Below are positions 1-10,415 of a stretch of DNA of 64,000 nt, one piece after another (the stretch's first letter is position 1; the number at the start of each line of letters is the position of its first letter). Origin of the DNA: an uncultured virus (IMG/VR IMGVR_UViG_3300009378_000005). Lineage: Duplodnaviria > Heunggongvirae > Uroviricota > Caudoviricetes. Location: IMG/VR virus record IMGVR_UViG_3300009378_000005, positions 1-64,000 of that record; one strand, 5' to 3'. Position numbers and translations under genes: made by a program. The notes below the pieces were generated by a model. That model saw only the letters and a list, made by a program, of their open reading frames with translations, was not told where the DNA came from and ran no database searches.

Positions 1-3000
1 CTACCTGCAGCGAGGTATGATGTTCCATTAGATAGATTCTGTAACGAACCAGACAAGCCAGACGATGCAACAACATTTCCTGAGAATGTTGTTCCTGAAA
101 CAGTTGCGACGACACTGTCGTCTATGCTAAATGTTGTGCTAGAAAGATCTAACCCTGTGCCAGCTGTGTAGGTGGTGTTTGTGTCTGTTGATGCAATTGT
201 GACCTGACCTGTTGACCCTGTAGAAATAGTTACGTTGCTACCTGCTGCAAGGTATGAAGTTCCATCTGTCAATCTTGTTAGTGATCCAGAAAGACCCTGT
301 GTGTGCTTTGTCACTCCTGTAAATGATGATCCCGATATTGTTGCAACTGTACTATCGTTTATGTTGAGTGTTACTGCCCCAGACGTTCCGCCACCGGTCA
401 ATCCAGTTCCTGCAGTAACGGATGATATGTCTCCAACTGTTCCGTCATTTGTGATTGTTAGTGCACCGCTAGAACCCGTTGAGATAGAAATTCCAGATCC
501 AGCAATGAGATATTCAGTTCCATCAGTCAGAGCTGTAAGTGATCCGCTTAATCCGGATGTAAATCTGGCCGTTCCCGTAACTGACATGTCAGACACAGAA
601 CCTGAAAAGTGTACGTTGTCTGTAAATGTTGTTCCAGATGAAACTTGAGCTACGACATTAGTGTTTATTGCAACGGTTATAGATGATCCCACACCAGCAT
701 CAGATATTGTCAGACCAGAGCCTGCTGCAAGAACTCTTTCATTTTGAAGAGACCCTGTTGATGATAGCACAACATATGACGCTGCATCATCAGCACCTCC
801 AGCTGCTGCTGTAACAGTAACGTTTCCAGACGATCCTGTTGATAGTGTTATGTTTTTTCCTGCAACTAAGTACGGTGATCCGTCAGCTAGTGTTGTTAAT
901 GATCCACTAAGACTATCTGCAAAAACAGATCCTGACAGATAAATGCTGTTATCTATCTTTGTTGAATCAGATGAGATGTGAACCTGTGGTCCCTTAATTG
1001 ATCCCGTTAACGTAAAATCTGAAACAGATCCTGACAAATACACATCATTGCTAAATTTAACTCCTCCTGTAAAATTGCTTCCTGAAACTGTCGCAACAAC
1101 ACTATCATCGATATTTAACGTTACTGCACCAGATGTTCCTCCTCCTGAGAGACCTGTTCCTGCTGTTACAGCTGTTATATCTCCAACTGTTCCATCATTA
1201 GTGATTGTCAGAGAGCCATCTGTGCCTGTTGAAATTGAGATTCCAGAACCGGCTATAAGATATTCTGATCCGTCAGACAATGTCGTTAGTGATCCGCTAA
1301 GACCACTATTGAACCTAGCTGTTCCTGTTGCAACAAACGATGACACAGATCCGTGAAAATAAACTCCGGCAGGATCTATCGAAAACAACTGTGTTCCGGC
1401 ATTTTGAAGAGAGACACCCGTCTGTCCGTCAATCGTTACCTTTCCTGACTTTGTCTCTATCTCTGTTGCAACTGATGACTCAATTATCTTTGAAGCAGAG
1501 CTTTTTATTGTCCCTGTTAGAGTAAAATCTGATACAGATCCTGAGAGATGTATACTTCCAGATCCAACATATACGCTTCCTGTCGTTGCAATGATTACAT
1601 CTGTTCCGCCCTGCTTGATCTTTATTCCATCTCGTCCATCTAGAGTTAAAAATCCTCCTGCTGTCTCTATCTCTGTTGCAACTGATGACTCAATTATCTT
1701 TGAGACATTACTTTTAATTGTTCCTGTTAATGAGAAGTCAGACACTGATCCTGATAGGTGTATATTATCATCAAACTTTGCACCCTTGTCAAACTCTGCC
1801 TGATTATCAAATCTCACATATCCATCAAATTCGACGTCTGGATCACTTGTCGATCCTCCGGTATTTGCAAACCAAACATCTCCTTGATTTTCAAACTTAA
1901 CATCTCTGCTATCCTGAACAGAGATAACAGCAACTCCTCCCTCATGAATCGACACGCCTGTCTTTCCATCAAGAACTAGCTTCCCTGCTGACGTCTCTAT
2001 CTCTGTTGCAACTGATGACTCAATAATCTTTGAAGCTGAACTCTTTATCGTTCCTGTTAGTGCGAAGTCAGACACTGATCCTGAAAGGTGAACACTACCA
2101 CTATGCTGTACTGGACCGTTAAAATATGAATTAGATGATACCTCTAATCCAGAGCTTGCCTTTATTGTTCCGGTTGCTGTGAAATCAGAAACTGTTGCAG
2201 AAAGATATAGATTATTTTCAATCTTAGTTGCATCTGATGTTACATGAAGAGAAGGTCCTCGTATGGCTCCGGTCAAAATAAAACCCGAGACGCTTCCTGA
2301 CATGTGAACAGCATCATTAAAATATGATGATCCGGTTACTTGTATTCCTGAGCTTGCCTTTATTGTTCCGGTTGCTGTGAAATCAGAAACAGATCCTGAG
2401 AAGTGTACGTTGTCTGTGAACGTTGTACCTGATACCAGTTTTGCGACGACATTTTCATTAATTCTTAAAAGGTATGTTCCACCAGCGCCGCCATCCGTCG
2501 CCCTAAGGCCGTTATCTAGTCCTAATAATCTCTCATTTGGCAAAGAGCTCGTCAGGCCTAAAACTACAAACTTTGCATCTTTATCAGCGCCTCCTGCACC
2601 CGCTGAGGGAGCTGAAATGATTACCTGGCCGGCTGCATCTGAACCAGAATCAATCGTGATATTATCACCTGCGCTAAGATAGCTCCTTCCATCTATTAAC
2701 CTGTGTAAGGATCCTGTCATTCCTGTTTGAAATTTTGCTGAACCCGTTGCCTCAAACGCTGATATTGACTGTGAAAAATGAACCCTGCTATCAAACAGCG
2801 TCGATGAAGCAGATACATGAAACTGTGCACCTCTTATCGAACCTGTTAAGTTGAAACCAGATACATTTCCAAACAGGTATGTATTGCTCTCCATAGTCAC
2901 ATCAGACTTAAAGATGCTTGCTGATGAAACAAACGCTAAGTCATTTGTATTTGCAGCAATCGTTATATTTCCGCCAGCGCCTCCATCATTAAATGTTAGA

Positions 3001-3377
3001 CCTGCGCCGGCTGCAAGGACCCTCTCGGCATTTAATGACCCTGTTGCCTCAAGAACAACAAATGTTGCGTCTCTATCTCCTTTTCCGCTACCAACATTCG
3101 CTTTTATGTGTATTGATCCTTTTGATCCAGTCGTAACAATAATATTGTCTCCGCCCTGAATAAAGTCTGATCCGTCAATTAGCTTTGTAATTGATCCAGT
3201 TATTCCTCCAGATGCAACTAAAACACCCTTTGTAGTTAATTGACTTTTAAATGCGTCTGAGTCTAGTCCAACCTGAAAGCTGTTTGGAGAGATAATTCTA
3301 TCAACTCTTTCAGAGAGTTTCTTTTGGAGAACTATAAAGTCACTCTTTTTTATATCACTCTTTCTACTAGACGACAT
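1..3377 (-). CDS. Long repetitive tail fibre/structural protein, runs off the left edge of the window (>1100 aa)
   Basis: Missing from the ORF track because it has no stop in the window. ATG at 3377 gives MSSRKSDIKKSDFIVLQKK...; the same frame reads ...NGTSYLAAG at the left edge. Recurrent G/S/T-rich units (SGSLTxLxDGxxYLxAG; YVVLxxTGSLxNERVLAAG). I checked the frame at both ends and in places, not codon by codon. Confidence 0.75.
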   Translation of the reverse strand, partial: MSSSRKSDIKKSDFIVLQKKLSERVDRIISPNSFQVGLDSDAFKSQLTTKGVLVASGGITGSITKLIDGSDFIQGGDNIIVTTGSKGSIHIKANVGSGKGDRDATFVVLEATGSLNAERVLAAGAGLTFNDGGAGGNITIAANTNDLAFVSSASIFKSDVTMESNTYLFGNVSGFNLTGSIRGAQFHVSASSTLFDSRVHFSQSISAFEATGSAKFQTGMTGSLHRLIDGRSYLSAGDNITIDSGSDAAGQVIISAPSAGAGGADKDAKFVVLGLTSSLPNERLLGLDNGLRATDGGAGGTYLLRINENVVAKLVSGTTFTDNVHFSGSVSDFTATGTIKASSGIQVTGSSYFNDAVHMSGSVSGFILTGAIRGPSLHVTSDATKIENNLYLSATVSDFTATGTIKASSGLEVSSNSYFNGPVQHSGSVHLSGSVSDFALTGTIKSSASKIIESSVATEIETSAGKLVLDGKTGVSIHEGGVAVISVQDSRDVKFENQGDVWFANTGGSTSDPDVEFDGYVRFDNQAEFDKGAKFDDNIHLSGSVSDFSLTGTIKSNVSKIIESSVATEIETAGGFLTLDGRDGIKIKQGGTDVIIATTGSVYVGSGSIHLSGSVSDFTLTGTIKSSASKIIESSVATEIETKSGKVTIDGQTGVSLQNAGTQLFSIDPAGVYFHGSVSSFVATGTARFNSGLSGSLTTLSDGSEYLIAGSGISISTGTDGSLTITNDGTVGDITAVTAGTGLSGGGTSGAVTLNIDDSVVATVSGSNFTGGVKFSNDVYLSGSVSDFTLTGSIKGPQVHISSDSTKIDNSIYLSGSVFADSLSGSLTTLADGSPYLVAGKNITLSTGSSGNVTVTAAAGGADDAASYVVLSSTGSLQNERVLAAGSGLTISDAGVGSSITVAINTNVVAQVSSGTTFTDNVHFSGSVSDMSVTGTARFTSGLSGSLTALTDGTEYLIAGSGISISTGSSGALTITNDGTVGDISSVTAGTGLTGGGTSGAVTLNINDSTVATISGSSFTGVTKHTQGLSGSLTRLTDGTSYLAAGSNVTISTGSTGQVTIASTDTNTTYTAGTGLDLSSTTFSIDDSVVATVSGTTFSGNVVASSGLSGSLQNLSNGTSYLAAG
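1453..2033. repeat. Three near-identical ~41-nt intragenic repeats in the tail fibre gene
   Basis: gtctctatctctgttgcaactgatgactcaat(t/a)atctttga at ~1453, ~1663 and ~1993; spacings of 210 and 330 nt preserve frame. Confidence 0.85.
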
Positions 3378-3519
3378 CTGTAACTCTTAACATAGATAGT
3401 TTCACTTAAAGCACACTCATCCAACAATAAATATAGTTGTTATGAAGAGTAAGCCAGTTGATTTTAATCAACAGCGATATTTTATAAGGCGACTTACTGT
3501 CATAGATTAATTAAAATAG

Positions 3520-4476
3520 CTAGCTTTTTGTAAGTGTTTCGATGTATATCAAATCAGTGCCGTCAAATGTTACACCAGTATTTTCATAGCCGTATGTTGC
3601 ACCCTCAATTCTTCCATTCATGTACACCTCACCAATAACCTCTTTTGCATTAAGTGTAAACGTATGTGTTCCCGATGCGAGGCCTTCAAGATACCATATA
3701 ATTTCTGATGTGTCTGCACAGTTGTTCCATATGTACCTTGCGCCATAAAATATTGGGCTTAATGACCCATTGCTACCGCTAAACTGATAAACAGCGCCGC
3801 CGGCCGAAGCCTCAGCTATCTGTGATGGATAAAACATCATTTTAACATCTGACGTTTCTGTTAGTGTTATACTGGCACTAACAATACCTTGCATCGTATT
3901 TGTAAGAGAAATTTCTTTATTGTTTGTGCCACTAGCAAATAATATATTTTTGGACACCATTTCTGTAACAGCAACACCAGATATTTTTCCAACCCTCGTT
4001 AGCGCACGATTAACTGTCTCAGCCCATATAATATCAAAACCTTTTCCATTTGTGTCATTGTTTGCATAGTGATTACATGTAATTTGTCCTGCAAGAGGTT
4101 TTCCTTTAAAGTAAAACGTATGTGATCCAGTGGGTACATTTTCAAAAACATGCATACATGAAAGACTTTGTGCAACATATTGTGTACTTTTGCTAAAAGT
4201 TATATATTCCGGACCTGTTTCATCATAGCTTGTGCTAAACTGTCCCAATGCCGATCCACCATTTTCTTCATATGCAATGCTGGGACAAAATGTCACTTTA
4301 ACATCTGAGACTGTGTCAAGCGTCAACTCAGTACTGACAATTGTCTTGTATGGCTTTCCTGATCCGGGTAGGTCTAGCCACGTAGTTCCCTCGTTAGCCC
4401 CGCTTGAAAATAAAACATTTGAACCGTCTGATGATGTGATAAATGTTACACCTGTAATTTTTTTTATATTTGACAT
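3520..4476 (-). CDS. Tail fibre-associated protein with two tandem beta-sandwich-like domains
   Basis: Internal duplication: STELTLDTVSDVK..GSHTFYFKGK and SASITLTETSDVK..GTHTFTLNAK; lies in the fibre cluster. Confidence 0.55.
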   Translation of the reverse strand: MSNIKKITGVTFITSSDGSNVLFSSGANEGTTWLDLPGSGKPYKTIVSTELTLDTVSDVKVTFCPSIAYEENGGSALGQFSTSYDETGPEYITFSKSTQYVAQSLSCMHVFENVPTGSHTFYFKGKPLAGQITCNHYANNDTNGKGFDIIWAETVNRALTRVGKISGVAVTEMVSKNILFASGTNNKEISLTNTMQGIVSASITLTETSDVKMMFYPSQIAEASAGGAVYQFSGSNGSLSPIFYGARYIWNNCADTSEIIWYLEGLASGTHTFTLNAKEVIGEVYMNGRIEGATYGYENTGVTFDGTDLIYIETLTKS

Positions 4477-4956
4477 TTATCTGTTTATTGTTTCAATATA
4501 AAGTACATCTCTTCCTTCGTTGACGCCGTCGACGCCAGCTACACGATTCATTTTTACCTCACCATTAATTGATTTGACCATCAGCGTAAATGTTTGTGTT
4601 CCAGACGGAACATCTGAAAAAATCCACTGGAAACCTGCAGAGTGTGTTTCCCATGACCACCCACCACGTGTAAAATACCATTCAGGGCTGTTTTCAATTG
4701 TTCCGTCACTACAGCTAATGTATGCAAGCCCACGGCCTTGAGCTACATCTTCACGAATTCGAGAAGGAGACCAATAAGCTTTTACATCGGAAGTAGTTGT
4801 AAGAGCCAGACTTGCGCTAACATGTGACACATAGCTACTTCCAATATCAACATCATCAAATAGCTCATATGTTCCAGATGAAAATAGTTTTGGTAGCTCG
4901 TCTACAGGGCTGCTGCTAGTTGTAAACGTAGCACCGCTAAAGACAATTGCACCCAT
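4477..4956 (-). CDS. Single-domain paralog of the adjacent fibre-associated protein
   Basis: SASLALTTTSDVK..VPSGTQTFTLMVK..LYIET matches both domains of 3520..4476. Confidence 0.55.
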   Translation of the reverse strand: MGAIVFSGATFTTSSSPVDELPKLFSSGTYELFDDVDIGSSYVSHVSASLALTTTSDVKAYWSPSRIREDVAQGRGLAYISCSDGTIENSPEWYFTRGGWSWETHSAGFQWIFSDVPSGTQTFTLMVKSINGEVKMNRVAGVDGVNEGRDVLYIETINR

Positions 4957-4960
4957 TGTT

Positions 4961-5908
4961 TTATCCTAGCTCAACCCAGTCGCCGCTGGGATTAAAGTAG
5001 AATACGTTTGCTGTATCTGTGCACCAACCCACAACACGAACGAAATTACCAGCAGTAGAAGGAGCTGTTGTATCAACTTTTCCCGCTGTTGTACTTACAA
5101 ATATAGCCTCTCCCTTTATAAAATTATTTAGTTCTGTTGTTCCGTCAAAAAATCCCCTAATCAACAATCCATTTGCAACAGTTGTTCCTAGCGCAATTGC
5201 TATCATTTGTGAGCTTCCTGATGTAATTATATTTGCATCTGCATATTTCCATATGCCGCCTGAGTCTAGGCACATTAACTTTCCTGCAGCAAGTGTATCA
5301 GTTACGTCTTCTGTGCCGAATGTTATAACTTCGCCGCCGCCAGTATCATTTGCCAAACTAGAAGGATCATGATGCACATCTAATCCAACCTTTGGAGATG
5401 TTGTTCCAATCCCAACAATGTTATTTGTGTCATCATAAAAAATTCCAGATGTGCCACCAAAAGAGCTATTATTGTTATACTGAATTTGACCATCTGATCC
5501 ACCTGGGCTTCCTCCTCCTCCTCCGGATCCAGATGTCAAATCTGTTTCTGCAACATCAAAAGATTGCCAGTAAATTTTTCCGTCTGTCTTTGTATAAAGC
5601 CAGCCTTCTCCGTCACCTGGCGCGGATGGTGTCGAACCTTGCTCAGACGTAATTGCTATTTTCCCAGATACATCTAATAATGATATTGGTGTTGATGAGC
5701 CTACTCCCACACGATCGTTTGCGCCGTCGACAAATAACATGTGTGCGTTACTATCGCTTTCAACCCTAAAATCATGTATAGACCCCTCTTCGTTGAATAT
5801 TGCTGCTCCAGAAACTATCAGCGTTGCATATGTCGTACCTTCAGACCCAGAGACAATAATTCCTTCATTGAACTTAACAGTTCCTGCACCGTAATTCTTA
5901 ACTGCCAC
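4961..5908 (-). CDS. Fibre-like structural protein
   Basis: RVGVGSSTP..LDV and VGIGTTSP..LDV fibre repeats; GGSDGQIQYNN motif; Gly linker. Confidence 0.65.
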   Translation of the reverse strand: MAVKNYGAGTVKFNEGIIVSGSEGTTYATLIVSGAAIFNEEGSIHDFRVESDSNAHMLFVDGANDRVGVGSSTPISLLDVSGKIAITSEQGSTPSAPGDGEGWLYTKTDGKIYWQSFDVAETDLTSGSGGGGGSPGGSDGQIQYNNNSSFGGTSGIFYDDTNNIVGIGTTSPKVGLDVHHDPSSLANDTGGGEVITFGTEDVTDTLAAGKLMCLDSGGIWKYADANIITSGSSQMIAIALGTTVANGLLIRGFFDGTTELNNFIKGEAIFVSTTAGKVDTTAPSTAGNFVRVVGWCTDTANVFYFNPSGDWVELG

Positions 5909-5956
5909 ACTTTCTCCCGATAGATAACCTATAATCTAACTATCAAAGAAATACTG

Positions 5957-6895
5957 CTATTGTCTCCTGTCAAGACAGTATACAGGTGTTTGTTTAACTT
6001 CTTCTAGCAAAGAATCAAGATCAAGACCAGCACAATCAATTTTATTTTTTGTGAAGTTGTAGTGGTTGCAGAATCCATTGAACCTTCCTTTTGCTACGTC
6101 ATCATTCATCGTTGTGTCAAGAACACCTTGGGAATTTTTTGGGAACTCAAGCGGGATACCAAGGCCGACATGGATCGCCTTCCAGAGAGCCTTAAGCGCC
6201 TCGATCTGAACTGGGTAGAAATCTAAAAATGGCTTTTTCTTATTACCGTGCACCCATCCTTCTGTCTGAAGCGGCCGCTCTCCGAAGCCATTCTTGACAT
6301 ACCAGTCCTGATATTTTGTATAGTACGCATCAGAAATTTCAACTCCGATACCTTTCTTGTTTCCGTGTCGATTTCCTGCATGCCAGGCGCCATGCTGTGT
6401 GTCAAGAAGCTGGTATATCGTTCCGTCATTATCGATGCAAAAGTGAATTGATATTCCCCGATTATTTAGAACCTTTGCACAAGACTCTGAGCTGAGACAC
6501 ACGTCCCAGTGGTTGACAAAGTGTGTCGGCTGTCTGTCCTCTTTGCTGCTATTATCATAGTATGTTCCTGGATTCATCTTTAACCCGCCTGGCTCATCCC
6601 AAAGCACAACCTTGTCCCACTCAATTGAAATAAAATGACTATTGTGAACTATGTGCTTAGACCCCTGACGGTGAGGAACAGATCTCGGCTTGTAGTCTGA
6701 GATGTTAGACTGTCTTTCCGTCCATATCCTTCTATGCGTCATCGGACCGACAAGCCCGTCAGACTTTAGATCATTCTCTCTCTGCCACTTTCTTACAGCC
6801 TTTAGAAGATCATCGTCAAAATATTCAGCCCCGAACCAGGAGGGATCCCAATCGAGGCTGTCTGCGCTTGACTTATTGTAAAATATTTTATCCAT
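5957..6895 (-). CDS. Modular endolysin: peptidoglycan-binding domain plus N-acetylmuramoyl-L-alanine amidase (Amidase_2-like)
   Basis: AVRKWQRENDLKSDGLVGPMT (PG-binding); VNHWD, SIHFCIDNDGTIYQL, AWHAG, IGVEI, NHY..KIDC (amidase Zn ligands). Confidence 0.85.
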   Translation of the reverse strand: MDKIFYNKSSADSLDWDPSWFGAEYFDDDLLKAVRKWQRENDLKSDGLVGPMTHRRIWTERQSNISDYKPRSVPHRQGSKHIVHNSHFISIEWDKVVLWDEPGGLKMNPGTYYDNSSKEDRQPTHFVNHWDVCLSSESCAKVLNNRGISIHFCIDNDGTIYQLLDTQHGAWHAGNRHGNKKGIGVEISDAYYTKYQDWYVKNGFGERPLQTEGWVHGNKKKPFLDFYPVQIEALKALWKAIHVGLGIPLEFPKNSQGVLDTTMNDDVAKGRFNGFCNHYNFTKNKIDCAGLDLDSLLEEVKQTPVYCLDRRQ

Positions 6896-7307
6896 CGCTT
6901 TCCTTTATCTCTCCTTCTAGCTTCTTCCACCTCCCTTTACCAGAGAATCTTGTAATTCCATGCGGACGAGGTTCATCAAATTCATCTAGTGATACAAATA
7001 TAATCTTATCAACTGACAATAGTATCTTTTTTGTTCTTTTATTTCTTACTTCCATCTTTAGTGTTATTGATGTTGTTCCAAATTTAACTATATCAGTTCC
7101 AAACTCAACAACGTCTCCCAGCCTGGCAGGATATCTAAAGTTTATTTCTGACATGTGAACTGTTGCAATATTTCTAGTTCCAAGCTGGCAAAAACAAAAT
7201 ATTGATGCCTCTTCATCACACCACTCAAGAAGTCTTCCTCCAAATAGTGTCCCTCTCGCATTGAGATCTTCAGACTTTATAAGCCTTCTAGCTCTATATT
7301 CTATCAT
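6888..7307 (-). CDS. Acyl-CoA thioesterase (hotdog fold, YciA-like)
   Basis: DLNARGTLFGGRLLEWCDEEA motif; FRYPARLGD; GTTSI; FVSLDE..PRP. Confidence 0.85.
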   Translation of the reverse strand: MIEYRARRLIKSEDLNARGTLFGGRLLEWCDEEASIFCFCQLGTRNIATVHMSEINFRYPARLGDVVEFGTDIVKFGTTSITLKMEVRNKRTKKILLSVDKIIFVSLDEFDEPRPHGITRFSGKGRWKKLEGEIKESDG

Positions 7308-7912
7308 TCAAAATCGATATCTGCGGTAATTGTAATATTGAGCTTAGGCACTCTTAACTGATTTGCAAGCCCATGCTTTTTAGCCTCTTCAGAATCTAAA
7401 AACCAATCTGCGTGACCTTTTTTATGAACTAGCTTCAAAAAATAATCATCCCTTTTTCCGCAGTTTCTTGCCATCATCTTATAAATGATCTGATTTAATC
7501 TCTCAGTCTCCTCTGCAGAAGCCTTAATCTCTTCCACCTTTCCCCGTTCCATTGAAGACACATCATGGATCATCAGCGTGGCATCAGGATCCATGAACCG
7601 CAATCCATCCGCTCCAAATGAAAAAAGAATGGCGCCACATGACATTGCCTTACCTTCAACAATTGTAGCAACAGGTAACTCAGAATGTTTTATAGCTGAA
7701 ATCATTGACATCAAACTGTAAACCTGTCCTCCATATGAGTCTATGGTGATCGGAATAACTTTTTGACCTGTGTTATGAGCTTGTGCAACTGATTCATGAA
7801 ATTCTTTTGCGGATTTCTCATCAAACTTATTTACTCTCACTATTACAGGATTCTTTCTCAGCTCAAATTCTTTAAGCAAGGGTGATATTTTTGTCGTCCA
7901 CTTCATACACAA
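7304..7912 (-). CDS. clpP: ClpP-like serine protease
   Basis: IDSYGG, GKAMSCG (Ser), LMIHD (His), DWFLDSEEAKKHGL (Asp). Confidence 0.85.
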   Translation of the reverse strand: MCMKWTTKISPLLKEFELRKNPVIVRVNKFDEKSAKEFHESVAQAHNTGQKVIPITIDSYGGQVYSLMSMISAIKHSELPVATIVEGKAMSCGAILFSFGADGLRFMDPDATLMIHDVSSMERGKVEEIKASAEETERLNQIIYKMMARNCGKRDDYFLKLVHKKGHADWFLDSEEAKKHGLANQLRVPKLNITITADIDFE

Positions 7913-7944
7913 TACCTATAGAAGAAATATTTTTTTTTATTTAA

Positions 7945-10398
7945 CTAACACTTGCTATATCCGCATGATTTACATGCGACACATCCTTCCTGATATGCCA
8001 GGCTATTCTCAGACCCACAACTAGAACACGACTTATTTCCTCCGGGCTCTAAGCCATCAATAATGTAATTTTTAAGAACTCTTGCAACAACCTTTGAGAA
8101 TGAAAATAGATCAGCATCTCGATCACCCTTCTGAAGCTGCTCACAGATATAGTGAACGGGTGCGCCGTGACGAAGAGCAAGAGATATCGTCCTTGTAAAA
8201 GATGTATGATTTGGATTATCAAACACCTTCACAATATTCTTAATAACAACCTCATCTCCATTCTCACCAAATCTTAAATCATATATTGAATTCATCGTCT
8301 TTCTTAGATGCTTTACAATAATGCCTTTTCGATATTTTCTGGGAATTTCAATATACTCAGACAGACCGCCCAGAATTTCGTAAGGCTTGCTATTCATCAG
8401 ACCTATGAGTATTGTCCACTTCTCACCCTTAATTGACACATGATGAATGTCACACTCAAGATCATTTGGTCTCTTTGGCGCAGAATGTGTTGTAAACGTT
8501 TCGTTGTTATTTTTCTTATCAACTAGAACGCCTGCACGAGAACCCTCTCTATACACTGTGAAACCCTTGCAACCTGATTCCCACGCCTTCTCGTAGATCT
8601 CTCTAACAGCTTCCTTTGACACGTTAGCAGGAAGGTTGCAGGTGCTTGCTATTGAGTGATCTATCCACTTTTGTGCTGCAGCTTGGATCTCAACCCTCCG
8701 CAGCCAGTCAATTTCTGAAGCCGTTGCTTCCCAATACGGTGATTCCTCAATATTATCGTTTTCTGTTACGTCAACCCATCTCTGGACACCGTGATGATGA
8801 ACGTCATACTCGACCCACTTATCACCCATGTCGTCGACGAAGCTTGCCTCAACATTTTCACCATGAGTTATCTTTCTTCTACGAGTGTATGTTAACATAA
8901 AAACCGGCTCAATTCCTGATGATGTTTGGGTTAAAGTTGAAACTGAACCAGCGGGCGCCGTTGTAGTAAGCGCAATATTTCTCCTACCGTTTCTTTCATA
9001 TAGATCATAAAGCTCATCGCTTGATCGCAAGAGCTTTTCAAGATGTGGGTTACCTGACTCACTCGCATGAGAGAAGACAGGAAATGTACCTCTCTCTCCA
9101 GCCATTATACACGATGAGATGTGAGAATTGACGCCGAGGTTTTTGTAGATCTTTTCAACAACCTTGACAGATTTCTCTGATCCGTATCTGATGCCTAGCA
9201 TCGCAAGAGTGTCGGCGACACCTGTAACACCCAAGCCTGTTCGACGGCCTCGTAGTGCCTGTCGCTTGACTCCCTTCCATAGGTCGATCTCAATTCTCTT
9301 AATGTTTTCAGGCTCAGGATCGTTAGCTATCTTATCTATTATCTTATCAACCTGCTCTACCTCAAGATCGATCAGATCATCCATTAGCCTCTGGGACTTC
9401 TGAACAACTGTTGCAAACTTTGTCCAATTGAACCTAGCATGAGTCTCAAACGGCTTCTGAACAAACTTTGTGAGGTTCACAACCATCAACCGGCAACTGT
9501 CGCGCGGGCTCAAAATTATCTCTCCGCACGGGTTACTTGACACTGTTTTAAAGCCTACATCTGCATAGCAGTCAGGAATTGAGTTATTGATCACATTATC
9601 CCAGAAAAATATTCCAGGTTCGGCCATTGACCACGCTGAATCTACAATCTGATCCCAGACTTCTGACGCTCTTACAGTTTTTGTGATTGCTGGATTATCA
9701 GAATCAACTGGCCATTGAAGCTGATATTCTTCGTCGTTTTTGGCGGCGATCATAAATTCATCATTCAAACGAATTGAAATATTGGCACCGGTTACCTTCT
9801 TGAGATCGCGTTTTATATTGATGAACGTTTCGATCTCAGGATGACGGCAATCGATCGAAATTAATAAGGCTCCGCGTCGTCCGCCCTGGGCTACTTCTCT
9901 CGTAGAGTTTGAAAAGCGCTCCATGAAGATGCCGATGCCGTCAGTTGTTCGAGCAGCATTTGACGTTGCGAGGCCCTTTGGTCTGATATTCGAGATGTCA
10001 AAACCCACTCCTCCGCGGCGTTTCATTATCTGGACCTGCTCCTGATCAGTGTGAAGAATTCCTGCATATGAGTCAGAAGGAGAGTCGATGACAAAACAGT
10101 TTGATAATGACTGTAGCTGGTGATCATTTCCAATTCCAGACATGGGTGAACCTTGCGGAACCACCTGCCACGTCGAGAGAAGGTCATAGATCTCATCCTC
10201 AGTCATTGGGTTGGGATAATTTGACTCAATCCTTGCAAACTCAGAAGCCAGTCTTCGATGCATATCGTCTGGCGTTAACTCAAGAACATCTCCATTGCTG
10301 TCTGTTAGCGCATATTTTGTGGCAAAAACTGTTGCTGCTAAGTGATCTCCGCTAAAATAATCAACACTAGCATCAATCACTTTATCAACTTTTGCCAT
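7945..10398 (-). CDS. nrdJ: Class II (adenosylcobalamin-dependent) ribonucleotide reductase
   Basis: LSNCF, GGVGFD, QGGRRGA, NPCGEI, TAPAGSVS, KGFTVYREGSR; C-terminal accessory domain and CxxC..EGC..CxxCGYSKC ribbon; no nrdB partner seen. Confidence 0.9.
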   Translation of the reverse strand: MAKVDKVIDASVDYFSGDHLAATVFATKYALTDSNGDVLELTPDDMHRRLASEFARIESNYPNPMTEDEIYDLLSTWQVVPQGSPMSGIGNDHQLQSLSNCFVIDSPSDSYAGILHTDQEQVQIMKRRGGVGFDISNIRPKGLATSNAARTTDGIGIFMERFSNSTREVAQGGRRGALLISIDCRHPEIETFINIKRDLKKVTGANISIRLNDEFMIAAKNDEEYQLQWPVDSDNPAITKTVRASEVWDQIVDSAWSMAEPGIFFWDNVINNSIPDCYADVGFKTVSSNPCGEIILSPRDSCRLMVVNLTKFVQKPFETHARFNWTKFATVVQKSQRLMDDLIDLEVEQVDKIIDKIANDPEPENIKRIEIDLWKGVKRQALRGRRTGLGVTGVADTLAMLGIRYGSEKSVKVVEKIYKNLGVNSHISSCIMAGERGTFPVFSHASESGNPHLEKLLRSSDELYDLYERNGRRNIALTTTAPAGSVSTLTQTSSGIEPVFMLTYTRRRKITHGENVEASFVDDMGDKWVEYDVHHHGVQRWVDVTENDNIEESPYWEATASEIDWLRRVEIQAAAQKWIDHSIASTCNLPANVSKEAVREIYEKAWESGCKGFTVYREGSRAGVLVDKKNNNETFTTHSAPKRPNDLECDIHHVSIKGEKWTILIGLMNSKPYEILGGLSEYIEIPRKYRKGIIVKHLRKTMNSIYDLRFGENGDEVVIKNIVKVFDNPNHTSFTRTISLALRHGAPVHYICEQLQKGDRDADLFSFSKVVARVLKNYIIDGLEPGGNKSCSSCGSENSLAYQEGCVACKSCGYSKC

Positions 10399-10415
10399 AG
10401 TGAGCTCCTGTCGGC

